A stretch of 57,822 bases of DNA, from NCBI GenBank assembly GCA_014879545.1, contig JACSRV010000109.1:1-57822 (forward strand). Reading direction: 5' to 3'. Origin of the DNA: Chitinophagaceae bacterium. Its GTDB lineage: Bacteria > Bacteroidota > Bacteroidia > Chitinophagales > Chitinophagaceae. Position numbers and translations under genes: made by a program. Under the pieces are notes generated by a model. That model made no database searches, was not told the origin of the DNA, and saw only the letters and a program-made list of their open reading frames with translations. Positions 9,001 to 18,056 of this stretch are shown here, piece by piece (position 1 is the first letter of the stretch; every line of letters begins with the position of its first letter).

Positions 9001-10829
9001 TGCGCAGTGGCATTGATCTTCATGAGCTTGTCGGCATGGTTGAGCCCGCCATCGAATGTGAGCGCGAGATTTGGATCATCTACGATGAGCTTTCCTTTAA
9101 ATTCCTTGCGCGCCAAAACGCCATTAGTGTAAATGTTGTGGTAGTTGTAGCCGTTGATCCCGAATTCGCTGAGCACACCATCCATTCGAAGCTGCATCAC
9201 CTCGGGGTCGAAGGAAGTACCAGATACCTTTTCATTGGCGGTGATATTGCCGAGCACCGGCTGCCTGAGGAGTCTGCCTAACTGAAGCTGATCGGTGGTA
9301 ACAACACCTGAGTATGTGGCGTCAGCGGGACTGAAACCGGGCAATTTCATACGAACATCTGTACCAACAGTACCCATGTTGGTCTTGAGTACTCCTGTCA
9401 CATGAAAATCTTCTATGTAGCCCTTGTAATTACCGGAGAAGAAAGCGAAGGTGATGCTGTCTGCAGCAATGTTGGGATTGTTGTGCAAAGCAGGCGCATA
9501 GTGTACAATACCTTTTCCTGTGGTAAGTATCTCACCTTCCGAAAATGTAATGTAAGTGGAATAAATGTCCGGCAGGCCGGTCATGGTGAGATCACCCTTT
9601 AACGCTACTTTACCATCAGAAACATTAAGATTCTTTGCGGAGATATTGGTAACTGTTCCCCGACCGTCTCCGCTTATGGTCACCTTCATGTCGGGGAAGT
9701 CCTTCATTTCTTTCGCGAAGAACTCAATATCTCTTTTGTCCACTTTCGCATCGCGCAGGTGGGCAACCATTTTGACACTATCGAGATAGTGGTTAAAGTC
9801 GGGGAAGTGGCGGTAGTGCATCGCGTAATAATTACGCAGCTCGCTGTAGTCGGTTGCCAGGTAAAGATCTTCACAGATGGACGCGATGGGCGATACCGTA
9901 GCCCTGCACTTCATTTTGCGTATGGCTATACCGCAGCGTTCCTCAGCTGTGACATTATTGATGTTCCCCCTGACGGTGTCGCCGATAATATGCACATCAG
10001 AAACATCGATATTGATCTTCCGGATGTCCATGTGACTCTCATCGAACTCATCGGGTGTAGGAGCATCGTCGTCGGCTTTTAACATGAACGAACAATCTTT
10101 TAGATCGACCTTTTTTACGTTTACCGCCCACATGTCGGGATTGAATGGCGTGACATCAAAGGTATCGAGATACTTGGGGCGGAGATGTCGCGGACGACCG
10201 CCTTTGTATTCGTTTATAAAAATAGACGTATTGCTGACCGCGATCGTTCTGATATCGATTAGCTTCCTGGGAATATTTAAACCCTCGGAATTGACGAGCA
10301 ATGAGCCTATGTTGTATTCCATGTCTTCGCCTATCCACTTGTCGTGCATGTGAAAGCGAACATTCTCCATCTCCACCTTCTTCAGGTCAATTTCGAATGG
10401 CTGTGACTGCTTTTTATTCTTCTTCGGGGGAGACGCAAACGCATCGGCAATAAAATCGTAGTTCCAGACCTTTGAGTCATGGCCACGATTCAGATTGACA
10501 TAGGTGTTTTCCAAACCTACATACTGAATGACCGGCTTGTTTTTGAAAATGAACCAGTCGGTGATGCGAACGGAGATCTCCCCAGCATAGAGCAAAGTAT
10601 CTTTTGACTGGTCTTCCACATACACACCCTGAATCAGAAGACTGTTAAGGATTCCGATGCGAACATTGGCTACCTTAACCTTTGTTTGCAATCTTTCGGA
10701 GAGGATATCGGTTGCTTTTTGCGCCAGAAATGTCTGGATAGGAGAAAAGTTTATAAGAGCTACCACCGTCAGCAGAAGCAGGAGGATAACCAATACTACA
10801 TAACCCGATATTTTCAGAACTCTTTTCAG
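6045..10829 (-). CDS. tamB: Translocation/assembly module TamB (AsmA-like) protein; probable CTG start at 10829 (ORF track uses TTG at 10793)
   Basis: ~1590 aa, N-terminal TM anchor, beta-taco-like repeats, DUF490-like C-terminus (TGDEIVATGKG, YLNDRL, GVGISWRRSFD). Frame is open to a stop at 10836-10838, giving N-terminus KRVLKISGYVV. Confidence 0.85.
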   Translation of the reverse strand: MKRVLKISGYVVLVILLLLLTVVALINFSPIQTFLAQKATDILSERLQTKVKVANVRIGILNSLLIQGVYVEDQSKDTLLYAGEISVRITDWFIFKNKPVIQYVGLENTYVNLNRGHDSKVWNYDFIADAFASPPKKNKKQSQPFEIDLKKVEMENVRFHMHDKWIGEDMEYNIGSLLVNSEGLNIPRKLIDIRTIAVSNTSIFINEYKGGRPRHLRPKYLDTFDVTPFNPDMWAVNVKKVDLKDCSFMLKADDDAPTPDEFDESHMDIRKINIDVSDVHIIGDTVRGNINNVTAEERCGIAIRKMKCRATVSPIASICEDLYLATDYSELRNYYAMHYRHFPDFNHYLDSVKMVAHLRDAKVDKRDIEFFAKEMKDFPDMKVTISGDGRGTVTNISAKNLNVSDGKVALKGDLTMTGLPDIYSTYITFSEGEILTTGKGIVHYAPALHNNPNIAADSITFAFFSGNYKGYIEDFHVTGVLKTNMGTVGTDVRMKLPGFSPADATYSGVVTTDQLQLGRLLRQPVLGNITANEKVSGTSFDPEVMQLRMDGVLSEFGINGYNYHNIYTNGVLARKEFKGKLIVDDPNLALTFDGGLNHADKLMKINATAHLLSANFREINLTPDNFTAAADFDLNCTGSTIDDFYGNAKLFNIDLKRNGRKLAVDSLFMLSSGNERNRHISLTSDAFTAEINGNYRLSALPASVQYYLSRYIPNYIKAPEKYAPDQDISFRITTAKVDSIFAITLPILRGFDNSVVSGSLNTNAKKLLLNSTVPYGRIGNVHLRNVSVLGEGDFNILGVNTTVGNIALGDSILHGGLSLTATVGSDSVLFNLATMSPDRASSFALNGRIFAHSDTLSLNVFPSQFYLNRVKWHIAGGSNIVYSDKYLSVSGVNLSSGIQRVSLSSTQGSGSGLIVNTTNLDMAQLGDLFGLSSYQADGRINGNIVVANTFTNTEISTNIRASGVKLGGDTVGAINVVGRWDVVKKMLYIDPQTGIYRDHASVSASGQVALDSAAAEKINGAITFNNARVAWATPFLTGLFSNIRGAVNGTVSVTGSNDKPVMEGKLSVSDVGFRLDYLGCHYTIPKATVGITNQRISLGQIQVFDSYKNVALLSGYFSHELFNKMRMRLKVTTPKMELMNLARNENDLFYGKMIAGMDSFTIRGPFNNIRLNLYNGYPAAKSVLYIPSSTGGYVGAYSYVSFKTYGADQDKAERHTKDKISINLDANLNELAEIHIVMDAATGDEIVATGKGNVQMDIPPSNDMRMSGLYTINQGYYTLTFQQVGIHRMFRLNQGSTIAFNGPFESTQIAVDAIYSVKARLYDLLSSGERMMIRDNEARDAQAPQVVNVMLHMKGPIYTPQLTFDLDLESKHTKGSLAYSKLLLINNDDRQKFDQVASLLLVGAFIPPEGMGQGALSGAINNVSQIISSTASSGLTNIVNRLIGDRNLNVAVKYTNYNYSDQSQQITGVNRSQLKLGVTKNYLNDRLLISVGSTSDWGRPATANAANSFNVAGDFRLQYLLAPASGLRLNAFHTSDYDLTRDRNIQRSGVGISWRRSFDNLDELFHAGRYARQQKEKQMKVIQAALDSTSKHEE

Positions 10830-10948
10830 GACCGGTCAAAAATTACACAAATAGTTGCAAAAATAACGCCAAACGACCTAAAAGGGAGGAAAAGTGCTGT
10901 TAAAGATAGAATTAGTAGCCAATATCGGGATATGTGGCGTTGCATATC

Positions 10949-10981
10949 AAAAAAAAGTCCCCGCTGTAATGCAGCGGGGAC
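10949..10981 (-). terminator. Intrinsic terminator of the T9SS cargo gene
   Basis: 10-bp stem GTCCCCGCTG/CAGCGGGGAC followed by T8 on the minus strand. Confidence 0.85.
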
Positions 10982-11003
10982 CGAAATGAATGAAAGGACT
11001 GCA

Positions 11004-12314
11004 TCAGAGTTTGCGCAACGGAACGTGAGCACGCGGGCGCCCTGTCTGATCGCGAACAACGACGATATAACTGCCGGGCGGCACGTCTGAAACCGGGAAT
11101 CGGTCAACCGACGTGCCGGAGGCGTAAAAACGGGTGACCTCTTTTCCCATAATATCAATCAGATAGAGTTTATCTCCTTCTGATAGCCCGGCCACCTGCA
11201 ATAGGTCTCCGGCCGGATTGGGGAACACCCGCACATCGGCATTACTTTTCAGATCGCTGACACCCGTTGGCGGCGGCGGAACAATAACTGTAGCGGTATC
11301 GATCAGGTTAGCTATTGCAGAGTCGGCACCGGCCTGACTGAAGGCGTAGAAATAAGTGATAGTCTTTTCGTTGGCTGGATGTAGATGTGTTGCCGCAGTG
11401 GATTTATAACCAACACTGTCGGACGCGCTATCGACCGGCGCCAGGTGAGGGATACGGAAAACAAGGCCGATGGCGACATCGGCAGTATTTGTAGCACCAG
11501 CAGCATACAACGACGAAGATGTAGCGTAAGACATTCCGTAAATTGTAGAGAGGTCGACTGAAGAACTGATAGGCCATGAGTTATATACAAGACAGCGCGC
11601 GTTGGTATCGAGTGTACCCAGGGACATTTTGGTAATAGCACCCGTGATACCAGTTGCAGAAACCATGGTCGCACCCAATGCGTTTGGCTGCTGAAATTCA
11701 ATTTTATTTGTGGTAGTGAATGCACCACCCGGCCAGCTTTGATCGTTATCGGGGTCAAGACTGCGGAGGTAGTATATATTGTTTTTAGGCACCGACGCAT
11801 TGTTGATGAGCGTCACTTTCATGGAGAAATAAAGCGCATTAGTATCAAGCGTGGTGACCTGCCTTACTGTCATACTGTCGAATGTACCCTCCCAAGTGCC
11901 GATGACCTTACTGCCGCTTACTGCATAAGCGGTATTGGCCCCGGTGAGGCCTGTGCCTGTGAACCCCATGCAACTGTGCGCCTGGGCACGAATACTCCCA
12001 ATCTGAAGGTTCCAACCTTCGAACGGGGTACCCGGAACAAAATAGTCGCCAACATATGCAGGGGTACCGACGGTCCAGCCGTCCATTGCCGGATCGGCCA
12101 CGAAACCGAGACTGCCCCCACCGGAAGAGGAAGTGTGCGGGTGATAACCTGCAGGGGGAGTGGCGGCACCAAAATCGCCGTTGGCACAGATGCCGGCTTC
12201 TACGTAACGACCTTTGAGAAAAACACTTCCTCCGGTCATTTGTGCACGAGAACTGAAAGTTGCAATAGTGCATATCGCAGCGAGGGCGACTGCAATTAAT
12301 CTGATACTTTTCAT
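11004..12314 (-). CDS. Secreted protein with T9SS type A sorting domain and an uncharacterised N-terminal domain (start moved to 12314)
   Basis: Signal peptide MKSIRLIAVALAAIC...; Pro linker PPPPTG; CTD VRVFPNPAGD...IDIMGK...PPGSYIV...LRKL. Confidence 0.88.
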   Translation of the reverse strand: MKSIRLIAVALAAICTIATFSSRAQMTGGSVFLKGRYVEAGICANGDFGAATPPAGYHPHTSSSGGGSLGFVADPAMDGWTVGTPAYVGDYFVPGTPFEGWNLQIGSIRAQAHSCMGFTGTGLTGANTAYAVSGSKVIGTWEGTFDSMTVRQVTTLDTNALYFSMKVTLINNASVPKNNIYYLRSLDPDNDQSWPGGAFTTTNKIEFQQPNALGATMVSATGITGAITKMSLGTLDTNARCLVYNSWPISSSVDLSTIYGMSYATSSSLYAAGATNTADVAIGLVFRIPHLAPVDSASDSVGYKSTAATHLHPANEKTITYFYAFSQAGADSAIANLIDTATVIVPPPPTGVSDLKSNADVRVFPNPAGDLLQVAGLSEGDKLYLIDIMGKEVTRFYASGTSVDRFPVSDVPPGSYIVVVRDQTGRPRAHVPLRKL

Positions 12315-12503
12315 AAAATGTGATTTGTGTACCTTGAAGGTAGTACACATTATTCTAAAAACACCTATTGAAAACGCACTATTTTCGGTGTCTGACGAAA
12401 ATATATCAGAAATATAAATCAATGGTTAATAACCTGCAGAAAGACACCACGCAACATGAACTCCAACCGAAAAAATGCGCAAAATTCTTAGAGGAGAAAT
12501 CTC

Positions 12504-14270
12504 TTATTTCCGCTCGCCGATCTGCTGGCGCCACATAGCGTAATAAAGCCCACGTTCGGCGAGCAAAGCCTCGTGAGAGCCCGTCTCGACAATATTTCCT
12601 TTTTCAAGGACGTAGATACGGTCGGCATGCATGATGGTTGAAAGCCTGTGGGCGATCATGATTGTAATGTGCTCGCGACGGGCTGTAACGCTGCGAATGG
12701 TCTGTGATATTTCCTCTTCGGTCAACGAGTCGAGGGCGGAAGTGGCCTCATCAAATATCATGAGCCGCGGATGGCGCAACAGTGCACGCGCTATAGATAT
12801 CCTCTGACGTTCTCCACCGGACAGCTTCAGACCACCCTCCCCTATCACAGTATCAAGGCCGTTCTCGGCGCGCGACAGAAGGTTCTGACACGAGGCCTGC
12901 TGTAATACGAGATTGATATCCTGTTCCGTAGCCGTAGGGTTGACAAACAAAAGATTCTCGCGGATGGTACCGGAGAACAACTGTGGGTCCTGAGTAACCA
13001 ACCCCATCTGGTGGCGGAGTTCTTCATAATCTATGCGCGAAAAACTGTGCCCGTTATAAGAAATGTCACCACGCCCGGGCTGATACAAGCCCACAAGCAG
13101 CTTCACCAATGTGGTCTTTCCACTACCCGAGGGGCCAACGAAGGCGATGGTCTCGCCCAATCTCACTTTGAACGAAATGCCATCGAGTGCAGGCCGATTG
13201 GAACTGTTGTGCTTGAAAAGTACATCGGAGAACACCACCTCTTCAATATCGTTTATTTTTTCGGGAGATTCCGGAATGTACTCGACCGGTTTCTTCAGCA
13301 ACTCCTGCATATTGTTCAAAGATGCCTCGGCTTCCCGGTAAGATAGTATCACGTTACCTATCTCCTGCATGGGGCCGAATATGAAGAATGAGTAGAACAT
13401 GAGTGTAAGGTACTGACCCGGAGAGATGGCACCGCGGTAAATAAAATAGAGCAGGCACATTACGATAAGCTGCCTGAGGAGGTTCACGAACGTACCCTGA
13501 ATGAAGGAGATGGTGCGAATACTGCGCACCTTTTTCAATTCCAACGTAAGAATCTTGATGGTGGTGGCATTCAGCCTTCTGATCTCCTGATGGGTGAGGC
13601 CCAGACTTTTCACCAACTCTATGTTCCGAAGAGATTCGGTGGTAGAACCGGCAAGCGCGTTAGTTTCCGTTACGATCTTTTTCTGCACCGTCTTGATACG
13701 CTTGGAGAGCGAGTTGGTGAGCAAAGCAAGCAGACCCGCACCTCCCAGATAAATGACCGGCAAAAGCGGGCTAAGCGAAATGGCGTAAATGATAACGAAA
13801 ACGATGCCGATGACGGTGGGCAACAGGACATTAAAAAACGACTGGATGAATTTCTCGCAGTCTACACGCACCTTCTGCAAAACTGAAAGTGTGCGACCAC
13901 TACTCTGATCTTCGAATTCCTGATAGGGCAACCGGAGTGCATGGCGCAAACCATCGGTATAGAGTCGAGCACCGTATTTTTGAATGACTACATTAACAAC
14001 GTAATCCTGAAAATTCTTGGCGATACGCGAAACCATGGCAACACCTATGAGTGCACCGATGAGCCCGAGTGCGCCGGTGAGAAATGCATGCAAATCGCGG
14101 TGAAGATGGCCTTCTTTATCAACTGTGAGCGGATGGCTGACGTAACCGTCCATGAGTTTACCGGCGATAAGTGGATCGAGTAGGGAAAAGGTCTGGTTAA
14201 TAGCCGCCAGCACTATTGCCAGGACGATCATCCCTTTGTAGCGCGAGAGGTACTGCATTAATAATTTCAT
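12504..14270 (-). CDS. ABC exporter, fused permease + ATP-binding (MsbA/MdlB-like); start at ATG 14270
   Basis: Six-TM-type N-terminal half; Walker A GPSGSGKT, signature LSGGERQR, Walker B MIFDEATSALD, IAHRLST. Confidence 0.93.
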   Translation of the reverse strand: MKLLMQYLSRYKGMIVLAIVLAAINQTFSLLDPLIAGKLMDGYVSHPLTVDKEGHLHRDLHAFLTGALGLIGALIGVAMVSRIAKNFQDYVVNVVIQKYGARLYTDGLRHALRLPYQEFEDQSSGRTLSVLQKVRVDCEKFIQSFFNVLLPTVIGIVFVIIYAISLSPLLPVIYLGGAGLLALLTNSLSKRIKTVQKKIVTETNALAGSTTESLRNIELVKSLGLTHQEIRRLNATTIKILTLELKKVRSIRTISFIQGTFVNLLRQLIVMCLLYFIYRGAISPGQYLTLMFYSFFIFGPMQEIGNVILSYREAEASLNNMQELLKKPVEYIPESPEKINDIEEVVFSDVLFKHNSSNRPALDGISFKVRLGETIAFVGPSGSGKTTLVKLLVGLYQPGRGDISYNGHSFSRIDYEELRHQMGLVTQDPQLFSGTIRENLLFVNPTATEQDINLVLQQASCQNLLSRAENGLDTVIGEGGLKLSGGERQRISIARALLRHPRLMIFDEATSALDSLTEEEISQTIRSVTARREHITIMIAHRLSTIMHADRIYVLEKGNIVETGSHEALLAERGLYYAMWRQQIGERK

Positions 14271-14328
14271 AGGGTGCAAAGGTATGATGTGCCAGATTAC
14301 AATTGACAGAATTTAATATCTGCATTAT

Positions 14329-14763
14329 TTATTCATGCATTTCGCCGGCATAATATCGTTGTAACATGCTGCCAACGACCTTGTCTATGGGCAGCGTGAA
14401 CGTATCGGCAGACACATCTGAAAGGGGTAACCAAAAAGTGCGCTCGCCGGGGACAAGGTTATTGATGAGCGCCGGTAGCTGTCCGGTCACCAAGTAGTAA
14501 ATGCTGATAACCTGAGAATTATCGAACGCTGAAGCCTGAAAAAAATCGGTTGTATAAAAATGGCGCACAATATTAATATCCAGATCCAGCTCTTCTTTCC
14601 ATTCGCGTTTCAGACAGTCTGCAATACCCTCACCCCAGTCGAGCCCGCCACCGGGAAACTTGATCACCATTCGGCCGGCAATGAGCTCCTCGTTAACGAG
14701 CACATGGGTCTCAGTGAGCCAGATACCATAAACACGGATATTAAATCGTTTGTTTTCTGCCAT
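14329..14763 (-). CDS. NUDIX hydrolase (start moved to 14763)
   Basis: Nudix box GGGLDWGEGIADCLKREWKEELDL. Confidence 0.9.
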   Translation of the reverse strand: MAENKRFNIRVYGIWLTETHVLVNEELIAGRMVIKFPGGGLDWGEGIADCLKREWKEELDLDINIVRHFYTTDFFQASAFDNSQVISIYYLVTGQLPALINNLVPGERTFWLPLSDVSADTFTLPIDKVVGSMLQRYYAGEMHE

Positions 14764-14934
14764 AAATATGCGGCTTTCATTAACTGAGAAGCGACAACAA
14801 AAATAGCATACCGATACCTGATACCGCAATAAGCGTGCAAAACGGCCGTTATGACATTACAAAAATATTACTCATTGCCCCTAAATCAAGGGTCAAATGC
14901 AGTAACTTCGCACCCTCAAAAACAGACAAACAGC

Positions 14935-16062
14935 ATGCAGAAACTACAAATGGTGGATCTGAAACGCCAGTACGAGAAGATAAAACCAGAGGTTGACAAG
15001 GCTATTCAGAGTGTTATTGACAGTACTGCTTTTATAGGTGGTCCGCAGGTGAACCAGTTGGCTGCTGAACTGGCTACTTATGTGGGTGTGAAGCACGTTA
15101 TACCATGTGCAAACGGTACCGACGCGCTGCAGATCGCACTTATGGCACTGGGGCTGGAGCCGGGTGACGAAGTGATCACACCATCATTTACCTATATGGC
15201 AACTGTGGAAGTGGTAGCACTGCTGAAACTGACGCCTGTGTTTGTGGATGTGTACCCTGATTCGTTCACTATGGATATCGACTGCCTGAAAAAAGCAATC
15301 ACGCCCCGCACCAAAGCTATCATACCGGTTCACCTTTACGGCCAATCGGCAGATATGGAACCACTGCTGGCAATTGCGGCTCAACACGGAATACCGGTAG
15401 TAGAGGATAACGCGCAAGCGATAGGCGGCACCTACACGTTCAGCGACGGCCGCACCGTGAGAACGGGATCTATGGGACAGATAAGCTGCACATCGTTCTT
15501 CCCGTCAAAGAACCTGGGCTGTTATGGCGATGGCGGCGCTATGTTCACAAATGACGACGCCCTGGCCGAGCGCCTGCGCATGATAGCGAATCATGGACAG
15601 AAGACCCGCTACTATCATGAGATGGTGGGCTGCAACAGCAGACTTGACGCTATGCAGGCTGCGGTGCTGCGCGTGAAGCTGCCGCACCTGGACAGTTACT
15701 GTGATGCACGCCGTACTGCTGCTGACTTCTACGACAAAGCATTTGCCAACAATCCGAAGATCACTACTCCGTTCAGAGCTGCCAATGCGCGCCACGTGTT
15801 CCACCAATACACGTTGAAACTCAACGGAGTGAACCGTGATGAGGTGAACCAGAAACTGGCAGATCGTGATATTCCATCGATGATCTACTACCCTGTGCCG
15901 TGCCACAAGCAGGAAATGCTGAAAGCATACAACACGGCCAACGCCGACCTGCCTGTAACCAATATGCTGCAGGATTGTGTCATTTCGTTGCCTATGCACA
16001 CGGAACTGACCAACGAAGAATTGACTTATATTGCAAACAATCTGCTGGAAATAGTAGGATAA
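14935..16062 (+). CDS. DegT/DnrJ/EryC1/StrS PLP-dependent sugar aminotransferase (WbpE-like); start moved to 14935
   Basis: CANGTDAL, PVHLYGQ, EDNAQA, SFFPSKNLGCYGDGG (PLP lysine), NSRLD. Confidence 0.93.
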   Translation: MQKLQMVDLKRQYEKIKPEVDKAIQSVIDSTAFIGGPQVNQLAAELATYVGVKHVIPCANGTDALQIALMALGLEPGDEVITPSFTYMATVEVVALLKLTPVFVDVYPDSFTMDIDCLKKAITPRTKAIIPVHLYGQSADMEPLLAIAAQHGIPVVEDNAQAIGGTYTFSDGRTVRTGSMGQISCTSFFPSKNLGCYGDGGAMFTNDDALAERLRMIANHGQKTRYYHEMVGCNSRLDAMQAAVLRVKLPHLDSYCDARRTAADFYDKAFANNPKITTPFRAANARHVFHQYTLKLNGVNRDEVNQKLADRDIPSMIYYPVPCHKQEMLKAYNTANADLPVTNMLQDCVISLPMHTELTNEELTYIANNLLEIVG

Positions 16063-16072
16063 AGTACTCATT

Positions 16073-16624
16073 ATGATCATAACAAAAACACCCCTTGAAG
16101 GACTGCTCATCATAGAGCCGAAAGTGCATGGCGACGACCGCGGCTACTTCTTTGAGAGCTATAATATGAAAGAACTGGAAGCACAAACAGGGTACAATAC
16201 TCCGTTTGTACAAGACAACCAGGCCCGTTCTATAAAAAACGTTCTGCGCGGCCTGCACTACCAGAACTACCCCGTGCCACAGGCAAAGCTGATACGCGTG
16301 CTGGAAGGCGTGATCTGGGATGTAGTAGTGGACGTGCGGAAGAATAGTCCGACCTACGGACAGTGGTTCGGAGTGGAGCTTTCGGCTGAGAACAAGAAGC
16401 AGTTCCTTATACCTCACGGCTTTGCTCACGGGTATGCTGTTCTGAGCGATACGGCTGAAGTATTCTACAAATGTGATAATTTCTATAACAAGCCAACGGA
16501 GGGTGGTGTTTTTTATAACGACCCGGCGCTGAACATAGACTGGCGAATTGATCTATCGAAGGCTATTGTGTCTGAAAAAGACATGAAACAGCCATTACTG
16601 AAAGACGCCAACAACGGCTACTAA
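16073..16624 (+). CDS. rfbC: dTDP-4-dehydrorhamnose 3,5-epimerase
   Basis: DDRGYFFESY, FVQDN, VLRGLHYQ, QAKLIRV, IPHGFAHG. Confidence 0.96.
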   Translation: MIITKTPLEGLLIIEPKVHGDDRGYFFESYNMKELEAQTGYNTPFVQDNQARSIKNVLRGLHYQNYPVPQAKLIRVLEGVIWDVVVDVRKNSPTYGQWFGVELSAENKKQFLIPHGFAHGYAVLSDTAEVFYKCDNFYNKPTEGGVFYNDPALNIDWRIDLSKAIVSEKDMKQPLLKDANNGY

Positions 16625-16647
16625 TACGGTCAGTAATAAAACTCATC

Positions 16648-16685
16648 AAAACCGCCCGTCAGGATATGCCGGGCGGTTTTGTTTT
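16648..16685 (+). terminator. Intrinsic terminator after degT-rfbC
   Basis: Stem AAAACCGCCCG/CGGGCGGTTTT followed by GTTTT. Confidence 0.75.
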
Positions 16686-16732
16686 AAACGGCATCAACGG
16701 GCAAAATCTAAAATTCCCCTATCTTTGACCAC

Positions 16733-17995
16733 ATGGATGTACCGCATCTTTTATTATATATAGTTATCTGCATTTTGCTGATCGGTTTTTTTGCCGGAAT
16801 GGAAATTGCATTCATTTCTGCAAACAAGCTGAACATAGAGCTCAGAAAGAAACAGGGCAAGTATTCGGGTCGGATCCTGGCCAAATTCATGGATAACCCG
16901 GCAGAGTTTATCGGCACTGCGCTGGTGGGCGTGAACGTGATACTTGTTGTGTATGGTGCGCTTACCTCTCAACTTACCAATACTGTGCTGGAATCGGCGG
17001 GTTTGGACCTGCCCGAGTACGCGAAACTGGCGATAGATACTGTTTTCGCAACTTTAGTGATATTGATATTTGCTGAATTTCTGCCGAAAGCGATATTTCG
17101 GCACAAAGCGGACACCGTGTTATCGGTATTCGCCATCCCGATGAAGGGGATGCACTTTATCTTCTCGCCTATCGCCGGTGTGTTTGTATCCATTTCTGAG
17201 TTCATCCTCAAAAGACTATTCAACGTAAACATTAAGGAGAATAAGCAGGTGTTCAGCCGGGTGGATCTTGAGTTGTTTGTGAAACAGAGTATGCGCGGCC
17301 ACGAAAACGAATCGAACGAAGTAAATCAGGAATTGTTTGAGAATGCGCTGTATCTGGTGAATGTGAAAGTGCGCAAGTGCATGGTGCCACGCAATGAGAT
17401 AGAAGCAGTGGATATCACTACCTCAGTAGAAGAGTTACGAGCGAAGTTTATTGAAACCAAACTTTCGAAGATCATTGTTTACGACGATTCGGTGGACAAT
17501 ATCCTGGGGTATGTGCATCACTTGGATATGAATCGCCGCCCGTCGCATATCAAAGATATTCTGCACAGCATAACGGCAGTGCCGGAAGCAATGAGTGCAG
17601 TGGACCTGATGAACCGATTCACGAAAGAGCGTAAGAGCATAGCGTGGGTGGTTGATGAGTTTGGAGGAACGGCGGGTATTGTGACCATGGAAGATGTGCT
17701 TGAAGAGATATTCGGCGATATTAACGACGAGTATGATGAAGAGCAGTTTGTAGAAAAACAGATAGCGGAAATGGAGTACATCTTCTCGGGCCGTCTGGAG
17801 CTGGACTATCTCAATGAAAAGTATGGATTCAACTTCCCTACTGATGATTCTGAAACGCTGTCGGGATATATCATTACCCAACATGAGACGATACCAAAGA
17901 TCAAAGAGCGCATCTTCATAGGCCGATATGAATTTGACATACTGCTGGTAACCAACACGCGAATCGAGACGGTGAAAATGAAAGTTCTGCGTTGA
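16733..17995 (+). CDS. Hemolysin/CNNM family protein (DUF21 + CBS pair + CorC domain)
   Basis: FFAGMEIAF, AEFLPKA, VVDEFGGTAGIVTMEDVLEEIFGDI, ETLSGYI. Confidence 0.92.
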   Translation: MDVPHLLLYIVICILLIGFFAGMEIAFISANKLNIELRKKQGKYSGRILAKFMDNPAEFIGTALVGVNVILVVYGALTSQLTNTVLESAGLDLPEYAKLAIDTVFATLVILIFAEFLPKAIFRHKADTVLSVFAIPMKGMHFIFSPIAGVFVSISEFILKRLFNVNIKENKQVFSRVDLELFVKQSMRGHENESNEVNQELFENALYLVNVKVRKCMVPRNEIEAVDITTSVEELRAKFIETKLSKIIVYDDSVDNILGYVHHLDMNRRPSHIKDILHSITAVPEAMSAVDLMNRFTKERKSIAWVVDEFGGTAGIVTMEDVLEEIFGDINDEYDEEQFVEKQIAEMEYIFSGRLELDYLNEKYGFNFPTDDSETLSGYIITQHETIPKIKERIFIGRYEFDILLVTNTRIETVKMKVLR

Positions 17996-18056
17996 TCATA
18001 AAGCAACTCATTCATCAACAATGGCGGGTTTCGCCAAAAATTAAAATAAGAATCAA

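Noticed and set aside
16733-17995. Calling the CNNM/CBS gene gldE
   Set aside because: Bacteroidota carry paralogues and no gldD is adjacent, so orthology cannot be assigned by eye.
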